A DNA stretch of 64,000 nt, taken from the NCBI RefSeq assembly GCF_963921235.1, contig NC_086108.1, positions 85,686,001 to 85,750,000 on the forward strand. The letters are read 5' to 3'. Each line of letters opens with the position of its first letter. Within the stretch, counting starts at the first letter, position 1. The position numbers and the translations under genes were made by a program. This document shows, in pieces, positions 49,060-62,454 of this stretch. Under the pieces are notes generated by a model. The model was given only the letters and a program-made list of their open reading frames with translations. It did not search any database and had not been told where the DNA came from. Source of the stretch: Mobula hypostoma. Taxonomy: Eukaryota.

Positions 49060-50590
49060 TTTTAGACAGCATGTGTCACAAAATTCAACTGCCCCTCTAC
49101 TATTTTCTCTGATTTCCCTATCTCTCCCAATCTTGCCATTTTCTATGATTTCACTCCCTCTTCTGAGACTGAATGATAAATCCTTGGCAGAGTTCTCAGC
49201 TTTGTCCTCTCATATCCCCATCACATTGAATTATAAGCCAAGTATCACTGTGAGCTCTTCTGCTGCTATCTTAACTCCTGTGTCCATTTCATTTGGGAGC
49301 CTTCACCTCAAGCAATGGGCCCTTGCTCAAGTGTTTCAGAATTCCCATTCAACTTGGAGTCCTGTTCTGGCCACTTTCAATCCATTTAACACTAGCTGTG
49401 TGACATTGACCATTTCAAACTCTGTTTCTCACCCTAGCCAACTCTGGTCCGCACTTGCGGTACTCTGCTCACAAAATGACCAGCCCCTTCTCATCAAACC
49501 TGTGGCAAGGGTGATGTTGTCATGGTTTGATCAACTGACCTCTGTCTTGCAGAGACTGAATGAGAGTTCTCTCACATGCTCACATTCCCCTGTGGACTGT
49601 GACTTTAGGCTCGTCTTCAGATCTATGTTCATATTTCATCAAGAAATTTTCTTTCCATATTCCCCCGATATATAGTCCCTCAACCACACCAATATCTATC
49701 ACCTATCCAAGATTCACAAATGGCATTGTCCTAATAGACCCTTTGTTTCAGTCTGCTCTTGTATCACATGAATTAGTTCTTATTACCTTGACTCCAGTTT
49801 TTCTGCCCTTATCCAGTCCATTTCTACTTATCTTCCTGTCACCTTTGATGCCTTCTATAACTTCAGTAGTTTCCATTTCGTTGTCCTATCTTACCACATG
49901 CATGCCACACCTGGAGGACTCAAAAGCCCGTCATTTCCTCCTTGAACAGTGATCCAGTTGGAAACCTTTCACTCCCACCTTCCATCTCCTGGCTGAACAC
50001 ATTCTTATATCGAGCAACTTATTGCAAATCAAAGATGGAGTTATGTAGATTGTATGGGTCCAAGCTATGCCTGTTTCTTTGTGGGATACATGCAACTTTT
50101 TCAGTTCTTCTTAAATTCCCTCCCCCAGCTCTTTTTTTCCTCTAATACAATGATAGGTGCACGGGTGCCATTTCCCTTTAAAAATTTCATCGTCTTTGCT
50201 ACAATTTTCCAGTCTGATCCCTGTTTCAGATGATCAATCTTTATCTCTTCCCTTTTTCTTGTTCCCTCTCAGTAGATAGATTAGCTGCAATATCTATTAT
50301 AATTACCACAGTCACCTTCTACTATCTTGTTTCCTGTACGGACTCCATTCCATTCTCCCAGTTTCTCAAGGCTCCCTTGTATCTGTTCTGATACTCATAC
50401 ATTCCACACCCTTGCTTCTCAGACCTTAAGCGTGTCTTGCCTTTTAGCATAGTTGACAAAGCTTTCAAATGCAGCTCTCTAACCTGCATTTCTACTCATC
50501 CTTCTCTACTCCTAGCAAGAGCATGCATACGTTTACCTTGCCAACAGTTTTCATCCCAGCTCCTGCTCCTTTCAGTTGGATCAGTCTCCA
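49060..50590 (+). mobile_element. Highly degenerate Penelope-like RT
   Basis: MGPSYACFFVGY at 50054 and DSIPFSQFLK at 50341 match the PLE RT motifs GxxMGPSYAxLF and SIPxSQFLR. Confidence 0.7.
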
Positions 50591-51827
50591 TGGTTGCTAT
50601 GTCAAAGTTCAATGTAAATTTATTGTCAAAGTACATATATGTCACCATATACAACCCTGAGACTCATTTTCTTGTGGGGCACACCTAATAATTCCATAGT
50701 AGAATCAATGAAGGACAGCAGTTATGATACTACAAATTCCACATTTCCTCCCCTCCTGCACGTTATCCTCCATCCAGGCAACTTGTAGCCATCCACCCCC
50801 ATCCCCAGTACTCAATGCAGTCGAATGCTGAGTTTTATGGGGATATATATTTGGGAAATTATTCAGGAACAACAACTTCCCATCTGTCGTCAGATTTCTG
50901 AGTGGTTCCTGAATCTATGGGCATTACATAGTTATTCTTTTTTTTTGGTGTGCTATTTATTTATTTATTTTATACTTTATGATAATTTAATGTCATTGCA
51001 GTGGAATGCTGCCGCAGATCAATGAATTTCATGTAAGGCAAGTTGGTGATAATGAATCTGATCTGAAGTAACTGCACAAGTTGCAATGTGTAACTTGTTG
51101 CATTAAGTCTGTGAAAAATACTGTGGTATTTTGGAATAATTTCAATATTTTGATCACCTGATTTTATAAATAAGTGAAATGAAATTAAAATCCTTATTAA
51201 AACTGATCCTGTCCTGATGATATCATTGATACAAAAATTAAGGGGTTCTTCTACCTTATCTAAACCAAACATTCATATCAATAATACTTTCAAACTCTCA
51301 GTTGTTATTTCACGTAGTCTCTAATTTATTGCTCTTTATTTTAATCATGCACAATAAATTCATTTAAAATGTGTCGGTGAGCAATCAATGAAGCACTATT
51401 CTGCTCCTCAAACACACCAAGGATTTCCATTTCAGCAAAGACATACTTTGCTGGAGGCACTCAGCTGGTTGTGTGACATCTGTGGGGAAACCCCTGCATC
51501 ATAGCAATGGTTTCTATTTTCAGGCCGCTCTTTGGGGCACATCATCACAGGCTTTTTAAAATGCCATTTCTGCAAGTGTGGACGCTGAAAGCTAATTGAC
51601 TGGGGTTTTGCAAAATCAAAATCTGCTCTGCCATACATTGTGTACATGTGAAGCTCGAGGGCTGAGGCACTGTCCATCTTATTTCAAGTGGTTTAACTTG
51701 AAATAAGTTGGTTTTGGAACAAGGGATCAGATTATATTGAATTCAACAATTTCAGATATTCTAGTTTGTGTCAGAACTGATAATCTAGCTGTAATTTTAA
51801 CTCTATTCCTTCTTCCTCTGGTCCAAA

Positions 51828-52515
51828 AGGATGTAATGCTGAGGCTTTATAAGGCATTGGTCAGACCGCTGTTGGAGTATTGAGCAGTTTTGGGTCCATT
51901 ATCTAATAAGGGACGAGCTGGCATTGGACAGAGTCTGGAGGAGGTTCACGAGAATGAGAAAGGGTTAATATATCAGGAGTGTTTGATGGTCCTGAGCCTG
52001 TACTCACTGGAATTCAGAAGAATTGTGGTGGGGGGGCGGTGGTCATTCTCACTGAAACTTATCAAATATTAAAAGGCCTAGATATAGTGGATGTGAAGAG
52101 GACGTTTCATATATTAGAGGAGTTTAGGACCAGAGGGCACTGCCTCAGAATAGAAGGATGTCCCTTTAGAACAGAGATGAGAAATTTCCTAAGCCAGCGT
52201 GTGGTGAATTTGTAGAATTCTTTGCTACAGATGGTTGTGCAGGCCAAGTCATTGGGTACATTTATGTCATTGGGTACATTGATAGCTTCTTGATTAGTGC
52301 CTGTCTATGGGAGGACAAATCTCAGATTTATATTCAGTATACATACTTTGATAATAAATGTACTTTGAAATTTGTACTTCAGTAAGGGTGTCACAAGTTA
52401 CAGGAAGCAGGCCAGAGAATGGGGTTGAGAGGGATAATGAATCAGCCATGATGGAATGGCGGAACAGTCTGGATGGAGCTGGGTGTCCTAATTCTGTTCC
52501 TGTGTCTGATGGTCT
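51828..52515 (+). mobile_element. CR1 3' fragment
   Basis: LYKALVRP, LTETYQILKGLD and RTRGH motifs, plus CR1 3' UTR. Confidence 0.8.
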
Positions 52516-53104
52516 TTCTGAGAATTTGAGATATTCTAGCATATACAGTATTTACTTTTAAATCTCTTTGGGTAGTTTTCAATAGGCACATACCTGCTAC
52601 TCAGTGATCAATGAGCTGTTTTGTTAATCAGCACAAATAACAAAGCTGATCCCCACCCTGTCTGGCACCTTTTAAAAGATCTTGGCAGCAACTAAAATAT
52701 TCAACTGGAATCCATCAGTCAACACTATCATCAGACTCTGGTGTAGAATGTACTTTGAATATTTTTAAAGTTCATCACCAAGGTGTGTTGCATGCTTTAA
52801 GGTGCAAAAGGTACTATAAAGGTTGCTTGAAGAAGCTGATTACTGCTTGTGTTTCTGACAATGTGAATTAGTTGAACATGCTAAGACAAGATCACCTTTT
52901 GTAAGATTTGATGCATTTTTATTGACCTTTGCTTTTTATAAAATTATTTTCTTTTTACTTCCTCTGAATTTACTTTTACAGAAAATAGGTACAGGTTCTC
53001 TGACCAATAAAGTCTATGCCATTCATGATGCCAATTTAAACTACCTACCTGCCTGCTTGTGGTCTCTGTCCCTCCATGCCCTGTGGGTTCACCTGTCTTC
53101 CTAA

Positions 53105-54430
53105 ATGTTGATAAGCAAAGGAGATGGTTATTGATTTCAGGAGAACCCATACCAATCACACCCCACTTTACATCGGTGTTACAGTGGAAACTGCAAGCAG
53201 TTTCAAACTCCTAGGAGTGCACATCACACACAACCTCTCATGATCCGAGAACACATAATACACAGTCATGAAAGCCCACCAAAGCCTCTGGATTCTGAGG
53301 AGGCTGAAGAGAGCTAGACTTTGCACATCTACACTCACTTCATTCTACACCAGTGCAGTAGAGAGCACTCCATCAAGCTGCATCATTACTTGGTACAGAA
53401 ACTGCGCTCTCGCAAACAGGAAGGCTCTACGACAGGTAGTCAAAACTGCCCAATGCATCACTGGCATCAGCCTACCCACCATCAAGAAACGGACAGTAAC
53501 ACCATGAAGGATGTTACTGTTTGCTCAAGCAGCAAGACTGATCAACACATCCGCCCACTAACTCCACCACTACTTTATCATTTCCTGTCGGACAATTTGT
53601 GTATAGCCTAGCATCACTTTACGGGCAGACAATATATATCCACCTTATACTTGTGTACTTGACATGACATTAAGCAATCTTGAATCTCTTTAAAGTTGTT
53701 ATCATATTTGCTTCCACCACATCTCTTGGCAGCTTGTATCAGGCATGAGACTTTCCCCTTCTTAACTTAAAACTATATCCTCCAGTATTTGATATTTCCA
53801 CACTGGCAAAAGACGCTCACTGTCTCTCCTATCTGTGCCTCTCATTACTTTATATACTTCTATCAGATTGTTCCCAGCGTCAGCTCCAGAGGAAACTACC
53901 CAAGTTTGTGTAACCCTAGTGATCATCTACACTTGAACCATCAGCCTCCTGAATCAGCAGGGATAGCTTCACACCCCTCAATACTGACCTGACTTGACAA
54001 CTACAGACTCACTTTCAAGGACTCCACAGCTCATGTTCTCAGTATTATATCTTTTATATTATTTGCACAATTTGTCTTTTGCAAATTGATTGTCAGTCTT
54101 TGTTTAAGTATAGTTTTTCATAAATTTTATTGTATTTCTTTATTTTCCTGTAAATACTGCAAGAAAATGATTTCAAGGCAGTATATAGTAACATAGATAT
54201 ACTTTGACTTTGACTCTCCAAAGCCTCGACATCCTTCCTGTAATGCAGTGACCAGAACTGATCAGAACTCTCCAAGTGCGTCATAACCAAAGTTTCAGAT
54301 GGCTGAAAGATGACCCGCTGACGTTTAAACTCAGCAGCTCAGCTGATGAAGGCAAGGATGCCACAGACTGTCTTTACCACCCGATCTACTTACTGTATGT
54401 TGCCAGTTCAGAGAGCCATGGTCTTGCTCC
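53105..54430. mobile_element. Interleaved Rex1 (+) and CR1 (-) 3' fragments
   Basis: ORF 53268..53507 (KAHQSL..LRRLK..FYTSAVES..WY) and 54093..54290 (FWSLHYRKDVEALE); (TTGACT)n tail. Confidence 0.65.
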
Positions 54431-55354
54431 TGACGTTCCCTTTCTTTTGGAATTTTCTTTTGGAGTTGATGTCTGCTGAATGATTATTTTCAATTCCTAA
54501 ATCCTGAGGATGTTCTTTTGTTATTAAGTGATTGCTGTTTCCAGCTTGAAACTTTAATAGTTGTTCTCAAGAATTTTTGTTTTTTGTTGACGTTACCTCG
54601 TTTTTAAAGAAGCTCTGAGTCCTATCTGATCAGTCGGAGAGTCATTGCTCACTGTTTCATTCACTGTGGTGAATTTCCCCCAATCCAATGCTGATCGTTC
54701 CGGATGGAGTCGAGTGATTACCTGGATTCTCAACATAAAATGTAATAGTCTTTGGCATCTCTCCAGCATGATACTGTTTCAGATTGTCAGTGTTCTCAAA
54801 GACGGCAGGCAAACCAAAGATTTGAACTTCACCTCTCAAGGGATCTTTGCATTTTGTAATGATTAAAAGGGCATGACACAACATCAAGTAACTGGGTTCG
54901 AAACAAAGTTGTTTCTTACATTCTGAATCTTCAGGATTTGTGCTGTGTCAAAATTGTATCATAAATATCAGACTCACAACAGCATATTTTTAAATTGGTG
55001 GCTATGGTATATTCAGAAAGTGACTTTGAGGGAGCCAAGTGAGGGCAAGAATACTCTTGGAAATAAGATTTCTGTGAAAAATGTCACTCTTAACAGAACA
55101 GAAACAATAGCAGAGAGTATATTTATCTATTGTCAGAAGTTTCTCATGGAATGCAGCTTCCTGAGGTGAAAACTGTATGTAGCCATTAGTAGGCCCATCC
55201 AAAATCTCATTACCAGGTTGGGTCCATACAGAGCAAACAGTGCCAGCTGCCAAGCTGTTCCCATCAGCCCATAATTCAAGAACAAGGACACACATTTAAA
55301 CTGAAGGATGAAAGTTTTAGGAAAAGAAAAGAACAGTTATCATATGTAGAGATT

Positions 55355-55820
55355 TCAGAATCGGGTTTACTATCACTGACATATGTTGTGAAAATTATTT
55401 TGTGGTAACAGCACAGTGAGATACATACAATGTACTATAAATTACTATAATAAATATATAATATCAATATAAATAAGTATATCACGCACAAAGAACAAAA
55501 GTAGTGAGGTAGTGTTGATGGGTTCAATGGCTTTTCAGAAATCTGTTGGCAGAAGGGAAGAAGCTGTTCCAAAAACGTTGTGTCTGTCTTCAGGTCCCTG
55601 TACCTCCTCCCAGATGGTAGGAATGAGGAGAAGGCATGTTCTGGGTGGGATGGGGTGGGGGGGGGGGTTCCTAAATGCACGATGGTGCCTTTTTGAGGCT
55701 TCACCTTTCAAAGATGTCTTCCATGCTGGAGAGGCTAGTATCCATGATGGAGCTCGCTGGGTCTGTATCTTTCTGCAGCTTTTTCTGATCCTGTGCAGTG
55801 GCCCCTCCATGCTAGGGTAG
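55355..55820 (-). mobile_element. Rex1-type 3' fragment
   Basis: ORF 55435..55704 HPEHAFSSFLPSGRRYR. Confidence 0.65.
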
Positions 55821-56009
55821 AGATGGCCTGGAACTCATTGCCTATAAGGGTTGAGGTGCAAATGGAGTTAGTAATGGAGCTTTCAAAAGGGTATTGTATA
55901 TGACCCTGAGGGAAAAGAATTTACAGGGCAAATGAAAAAGAGTAGTGTAATGGGATATCCTTGGATCCTATCCTTGTTTCTTTTGTTTCAGTACCCCCAA
56001 AGAGGTTCA

Positions 56010-56206
56010 AATCAAGTTAAGTCGCTTTTTATTGTCATTTCGACCATAAACTGCTGGTACAGTACACAGTAAAAATGAAACAACGTTCCTCCAGGGCCAT
56101 GGTGCTACATAAAACAACACAAAACTACACTAGACTAAGTGAGACAACTCAAGGCTACACTAGACTACGTAAAACAACACAAAAACTACACTAGACTACA
56201 GACTAC
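56010..56206 (-). repeat. Retroelement tail with three imperfect ~28-30 bp tandem units
   Basis: Repeated '..ACAAC.CAA..CTACACTAGACTA' units at 56110-56200, after a 'tttattgtcatt..aaatgaaacaacgttcctccag' tail. Confidence 0.65.
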
Positions 56207-56739
56207 CAGTTCTCAATTACCTGCCATTTTAGTTTAGATAATGTAGTACATTTGTAAAGTGAAGTACCAAAGATGGAATTTACTTAAGGCGCCTCGAAGA
56301 TTAAATATTACTTAAAAACTTTAATCCACACCCTCCCCACCCCAAATGCACCAAAAGACCCACCTAGTTTTTGCATCGTTACAAAGAAGACATAAGAATG
56401 GAGATGACTGGGTAACTCCACTCTCAATCAATTTGTTAAGAGATTGAAACTGATTTTTAAAGAATGAAGAATAGCTTTATTTGTCACATGTACATCAAAA
56501 TACCTAATGAAATGTGCATTTTTGTGTCAACAACCAACAGTCTGAGGTTGAGCTAGAGATAGCCACAAGTTTTGCGATGCTTCTGTGTCTACACAGCATA
56601 CCCATAACTCTTGCATTATTGGAATGTGGGAGGAAACCAGATTGTGTATATAATTTATGTACAATTATCCTTAAATCACTATATTCTTGGAGAAATTAAA
56701 GTGGTTTACATTTTTGCTTTCTCTGCTCTTTGAACAGCT

Positions 56740-56880
56740 CATCATTCATCATGATGTGCCGTGTCATATGACATAGGCGATCATGGTCTCATAAGCATGA
56801 TTGTTCTGGGCAAATTTTTCTACAGAAGTGGTTTGCCATTGCCTTCTTCTGGATAGTGTCTTTACAAGATGGGTCTTTAC
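56740..56880 (-). mobile_element. RTE/BovB-type tail fragment
   Basis: GAAGTGGTTTGCCATTGCCTTCTTC motif. Confidence 0.45.
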
Positions 56881-57239
56881 AATTTTGCTCTACAATAGAT
56901 AGTGTGCAGTTAATTGGCTGAGAGTGTTGACAAGAAGTTATTCACCAAAGTGCAGTGGTTTGATAAACACCACTCCATCCATTCTCAGTAAGCCTACTTC
57001 ATGCGCGTCTATCACTTTTACAGCTCCTGCTGCCTTATTTTGACCATTCATAACAAACGCAGGAGAGCCAAACTGAAATATTACCAACTTGCATTCAAAT
57101 TTCTAACACATTTTGTTTGTCCTTTCTTGCTTCTGTTTTAAATTGGCCTTGCTAGTGATGCTGCTGTAATGGCTTGTAAATTTAATTCAAGCAAGTTTTG
57201 TTTCTATTTCTGGAAGGACTTCATTGAACTTAGAACATT

Positions 57240-57530
57240 ACAGCAGATGCAGACATTCAGCCCACAACATTGTTCTGACATCTCAACCTATTCGAAGATC
57301 AATCTAACCCTTCTCTCCTGCACAACCTGACATTTTTCTATCATTCCTGTGCCTATGTAAGAGTTTCCTAAATGCCCCTAATATATCTGCCCCTGCCACC
57401 AACATTGGCAGGGCGTTTCACACATTCACCAATGACTGTGTAAACAAACAAACAAACTTACTTGCCTCTGACATTCCTCTTGTACTTTCTTCCAATCACC
57501 TAAAATTATGCCCCTCATGTTAGCATTATG
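57240..57530 (-). mobile_element. CR1 3' fragment
   Basis: Degenerate version of the 3' end at 57900-58150. Confidence 0.55.
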
Positions 57531-57895
57531 CTCCCTCGTATAATTTGGAGGAAGTCTTCCTTCCATGCTGAACATGGTTAGGAAGTTTGAGGGGGGTGGT
57601 GGTGGAGAATTGGTGCTGAGGGATATTAGTCTTTGACATTTTTTTTATTTTGAGCATCTGGCTAGCTGAGTGGAGTAGTGGTGGTTGATGAACTAAAGGA
57701 ATTCACTGCAAGTAGGATGCCAGGGACAGCAGATAGGCCACAATGGAGAATCTGCAACAGGATGGAGATCATTTGAGAGAGAGTGAAAAATGTTGGCAAA
57801 TGGAGTTTAATGTAGGAAAGTGCGAGATCATGCATTATTGTAGGAAGAATCAGAAGAGTCTATTTTCAAATTGGAAAGAGCCTCTGAGTAACTGG

Positions 57896-60115
57896 AATAT
57901 AAACATAGAACATAGAATAGCACAGCACAATACAGGCCCTTCGGCCCACAATGTTGTGCCGACACTCAAACCCTGCCTCCAATATAACCCCGCACCTTAA
58001 ATTCCTCCGTATACCTGTCTAGTAGTCTCTTAAACTTCACTAGTGTATCTGCCTCCATCACTGACTCAGTCAGTGCATTCCACACACCAACCACTCTCTG
58101 AGTAAAAAACCTTCCTCCAATATCCCCCTTGAACTTTCCACCCCTTACCTTGAAGCCATGTCCTCTTGTATTGAGCAGTGGTGCCCTGGGGAAGAGGCGC
58201 TGGCTATCCACTACAACTATTCCTCTTAATATCTTGTACACCTCCATCATGTCTCCTCTTATCCTCCTCTCCAAAGAGTAAAGCCCTAGCTCCTTTAATC
58301 TCTGATCATAATCCATACTCTCTAAACCAGGCAGCATCCTGGTAAATCTCCTCTGTACCCTTTCCAATGCTTCCACATCCTTCCTATAGTGAGGTGACCA
58401 GAACTGGACACAGTACTCCAAGTGTGGCCTAACCAGAGTTTTATAGAACTGCGTCATCACCTCGCGACTCTTAAACTCTATCCCTCGACTTATGAAAGCT
58501 AACACCCCATAAGCTTTCTTAACGACCCTATCCACCTGTGAGGCAACTTTCAGGGATCTGTGGACATGTACCCCTAGATCCCTCTGCTCCTCCACACTAC
58601 CAAGTATCCTGCCATTTACTTTGTATTCTGCCTTGGAGTTTGTCCTTCCAAAGTGTACCACCTCACACTTCTCTGGGTTGAACTCCATCTGCCACGTCTC
58701 AGCCCACTTCTGCATCCTATCAATGTCTCTCTGCAATCTTCGACAATCCTCTACACTATCTACAACACCACCAATCCTTGTGTCGTCTGCAAACTTGCCA
58801 ACCCACCCTTCTACCCCCACATCCAGGTCATTAATAAAAATCACGAAAAGTAGAGGTCCCAAAACAGATCCTTGTGGGACACCACTAGTCACAATCCTCC
58901 AATCTGAATGTACTTCCTCCACCGTGACCCTCTGCCTTCTGCAGGCAAGCCAATTCTGAATCCATCTGGCCTAACTTCCCTGGATCCCATGCCTTCTGAC
59001 TTTCTGAATAAGACCACCATGTGGAACCTTGTCAAATGCCTTACTAAAATCCATATAGATCACATCCACTACACTACCCTCATCTATATGCCTGGTCACC
59101 ACCTCAAAGAACTCTACCAGGCTTGTTAGACACAATCTGCCCTTCACAAAGCCATGCTGACTGTCCCTGATCAGACCATGATTCTCTAAATGCCCATAGA
59201 TCCTATCTCTAAGAATCTTTTCCAACAGCTATTCCACCACAGACGTAAAGCTCACTGGTCTATAATTACCCGGACTACCTTTTTTGAACAAGGGGACAAC
59301 ATTCGCCTCCCTCCAATCCTCCGGTACCATTCCCGTGGACAACGAGGACATAAAGATCTTAGCCAGAGGTGCAGCAATCTCTTCCCTCACCTCGTGGAGC
59401 AGCCTGGGGAATATTCCATCCGTCCTAATGTATTTTAACAACTCCAACACCTCCTGTCCCTTAATATCAACATGCTCCAGAACATCAACCTCACTCATAT
59501 TGTCCTCACCGTCATCAAGTTCCCTCTCATTGGTGAACACCGAAGTGAAGTATTCATTGAGGACCTCGCTCACTTCCACAGCCTCCAGGCACATCTTCCC
59601 ACCTTTATCTCTAATTGGTTCTACCTTCACTCCTGTCATCCTTTTGTTCTTCACATAATTGAAGAATACCTTGGGGTTTTCCTTTACCCTAATCGCCAAG
59701 GCCTTCTTATGCCCACTTCTTGCTCTTCTCAGCCCCTTCTTAAACTCCTTTCTTGCTTCCCTATATTCCTCAATAGACCCATCTGATCCTTGCTTCCTAA
59801 ACCTCATGTATGCTGCCTTCTTCCACCTGACTATACTCTCCATCTCACTTCTCGCCCATGGTTCCTTCACCCTAGCATTCTTTATCTTCCTCACTGGGAC
59901 AAATTTATCCCTAACATCTTGCAAGAGATCTCTGAACATCAATCACATGTCCATAGTACATTTCCCTGCAAAAACATCATCCCAATTCACACCCGCAAGT
60001 TCTAGCCTTATAGCCTCATAATTTGCCCTTCCCTAATTAAAAATTTTCCTTTCCTCTCTGATTCTATCCTTTTCCATGATAATGATAAATGCCCGGGAGC
60101 GGTGGTCACTGTCCA
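57896..60115 (-). mobile_element. Young CR1 LINE inserted antisense into an old + strand CR1 (57740-57895, 60116-61000)
   Basis: ORFs 59229..59942, 58971..59225 and 57966..58922 (318 aa with SGVPQGSVLGP, KFADDT, LEYCVQFWSP). (CATAGAA)n tail on the + strand. Confidence 0.95.
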
Positions 60116-60523
60116 TCGATAAAGGGATAAAGGGATCTTGGTGTTCTTGTGGAATGATACATGCAAATACAACAAGTAATTAAAACTGTAAATGAGGTAT
60201 TGGCCTTTATTACAAGGGAATAAAGGAATGAAATTAATCTTACAATCATATAGACTGTTGCTGAGTCTGCATGGGGAGTGTTATGAACAGCTTTGGTCAG
60301 CTTATTTAAGGAAAGATAAACTAACATTGGAGGCAATCCAATAAAGGTTCACTAGACTAACTCCTGGTCCTATGATGAATGCCATAAAAATGATAGACTC
60401 ATATCCTCTGAATTTTAGAAGAACAAAGTCTTATTGAAATCTGTAATATCCTGAAGGGTTATTACAGAGGAGATGCTGAGATGTTTCTATGAGCGGGAGA
60501 ATCTCAAATGAAGTGACATAAAT

Positions 60524-60732
60524 GTTGTTGCTCCTAATCATTCCTTGTGGTGCACTGGGCAGCAGTTTTGCTGTTTCTGTAGCAATTACTGTTTTTTTTT
60601 ACAGGGCTATGTTGCTAGCTTGATCCTCAACCTAGCATGGGTGGAAAGAATGCAAGGAGCCAGCCGGATTCAAAATTGGGACCAATCACCTGAAAGTCCA
60701 GTGCTGGTACCACTATACCACTGGCCAGCTAC
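60524..60732 (-). mobile_element. tRNA-derived SINE, older copy of the 26151 family
   Basis: The minus strand has GTGGTATAGTGG..TTTGAATCCGGCTGGC and an (AAC)n tail. Confidence 0.7.
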
Positions 60733-62454
60733 AACATTGTTTCAAAGGTTAAGAATTTCTTCTCACTGAGGATGGTGAGAATCATCCGGAATTCTCTACA
60801 CTTAGGTAAGGGACTTTGGTATCTAGATCACTCGAGGTATTTAACGTGCAAGTAGGTACATTTTTAAAAGATCAAGGAATTGAGGAATGTGGAAATGGCA
60901 TGGAAGAGAGATGTAGATCTGGGGCACAGTACACATAACCATGTTGAATAACAGGACAGACCTGAGGGGTCAGGTAGACAACCATGGTTCCTATTTTCTT
61001 AAATTCTTTCAATCTAATGATTAGATAATTATGGCTCTTGAATTCTCCTCCCACAGAAAAAGGGTCTGGGCTGGGACTTCTAGCTTTGTACATAGTGCTC
61101 CAAGTTGGGGAATCTCCCCTTGGGCCTGTTGGAATGATCAGAGACTTGCTGCCAGAATCTGGCTCATGGATATTTAGGCCCAAAGATTTTGCTTTTCTCT
61201 GTAAAACCTAATAATATTAAAACCAATCCTCCCAGTAGCAATATCTCTATAGTATCCCAAGAAAGACCAACAATATTTATTCTTTTCCAGGTCTAAAAAT
61301 CAGTCGAATTCATTATCTTTCTCAGTCATATCTTCTGTCTACACTCTTCAGACTTTTAAGACCTCAACTTGCCATTGTCATATTACTGCTTCCTAATTTA
61401 CCTCATTACTTGTACACTCTTTAACCTTGGAGGAGCCTTGCAGGTCTGGCCTTGGCCCTGCACCAAGGTATCTCAATTAAAAACCAAGAGAAATAGCACA
61501 ATACAGATACTCTGTTCCTTCAATATTGTCAGAGACATTGACCTCAATCATTGAAAATCAATCAACCAGGTACAGTTTTGCCTGATCTGCAGTGTGTGCT
61601 GAATACTTCATATACATGCTTCAAGGACTTTTTCAGTAGAAGCAGGAATACATTACCCTTTTAGTCCTGATAATGCAGTCACATAGACTGCTCTACGATG
61701 TGGTATTTAGTATTCCAGATTTTACTGACTTTCTATTTCAGCACACAATTCATGTGGTAATCCTTTCTTGGATATATTCTAATTGATCTTTCTGTTAAAT
61801 CCATAATATTTAGGGAAAAAAATGTGAAAAAATTGATAGCTGCTCCTTTGGATTAGTTACCTTTTCACACCTCCTGAATAAACTATACCTCTGAATAGAA
61901 TAATATCCATGAAAACGATTACTTAACACGTGTAATCATGTAGGATTTTTCATGCTTCTGATTCAGAAGTCATAAATTTGAATACTGGCTTGGTCTTTGC
62001 ACTGAACCTGATCCAGTGAATGGGGTGTTTGGTAGCAGGGATTCCTCCTGTGGATTTCAGCAGTAAAGCTACACCTGTTGTCATTCTGCAAGCCCCAAAC
62101 ACCTGTTCCAGGTCTTCTGACTGAATATCTGATTGCCAAAGAATGGGTATCTCTGCAGAGGAACAATGCCAAGTAAGCTTTGGTAAATAAGCAGCAATAA
62201 CTGTGAAATAGCTTAGAATACTTGCTTACTCTTTCCTCGGCTGCTAATCACCATGTGAAGGCAAATGTCCAGTTATGTGCCTGACGACATTTTCCTGTGA
62301 AGAGATAATTCTACATACACATCCCATGTGCAGCACACATCGTACTATTCTTACCCGTGACTAGGTTTTCTTGTCCCCAACTGTAACCCTCCACCTTTCT
62401 CTAGCACCCATGGCAGCACAGCAGTTAGCACGATGCCATTAGAGCTTGTGTCTG

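Noticed and set aside
49073..49952. 200-aa and 130-aa ORFs as a membrane protein gene
   Set aside because: Low-complexity Ser/Leu/Pro composition from a pyrimidine-rich degenerate Penelope strand, with no splice structure.
51444..51476. YFAGGTQLVV, resembling an Ig/TCR J-segment FGxGT motif
   Set aside because: It is followed immediately by TGA, has no splice donor, and has no upstream heptamer/nonamer RSS.
56110..56206. CRISPR-like repeat-spacer array
   Set aside because: Only three units, the 'spacers' are similar to each other, there are no cas genes, and it lies within a retroelement tail.
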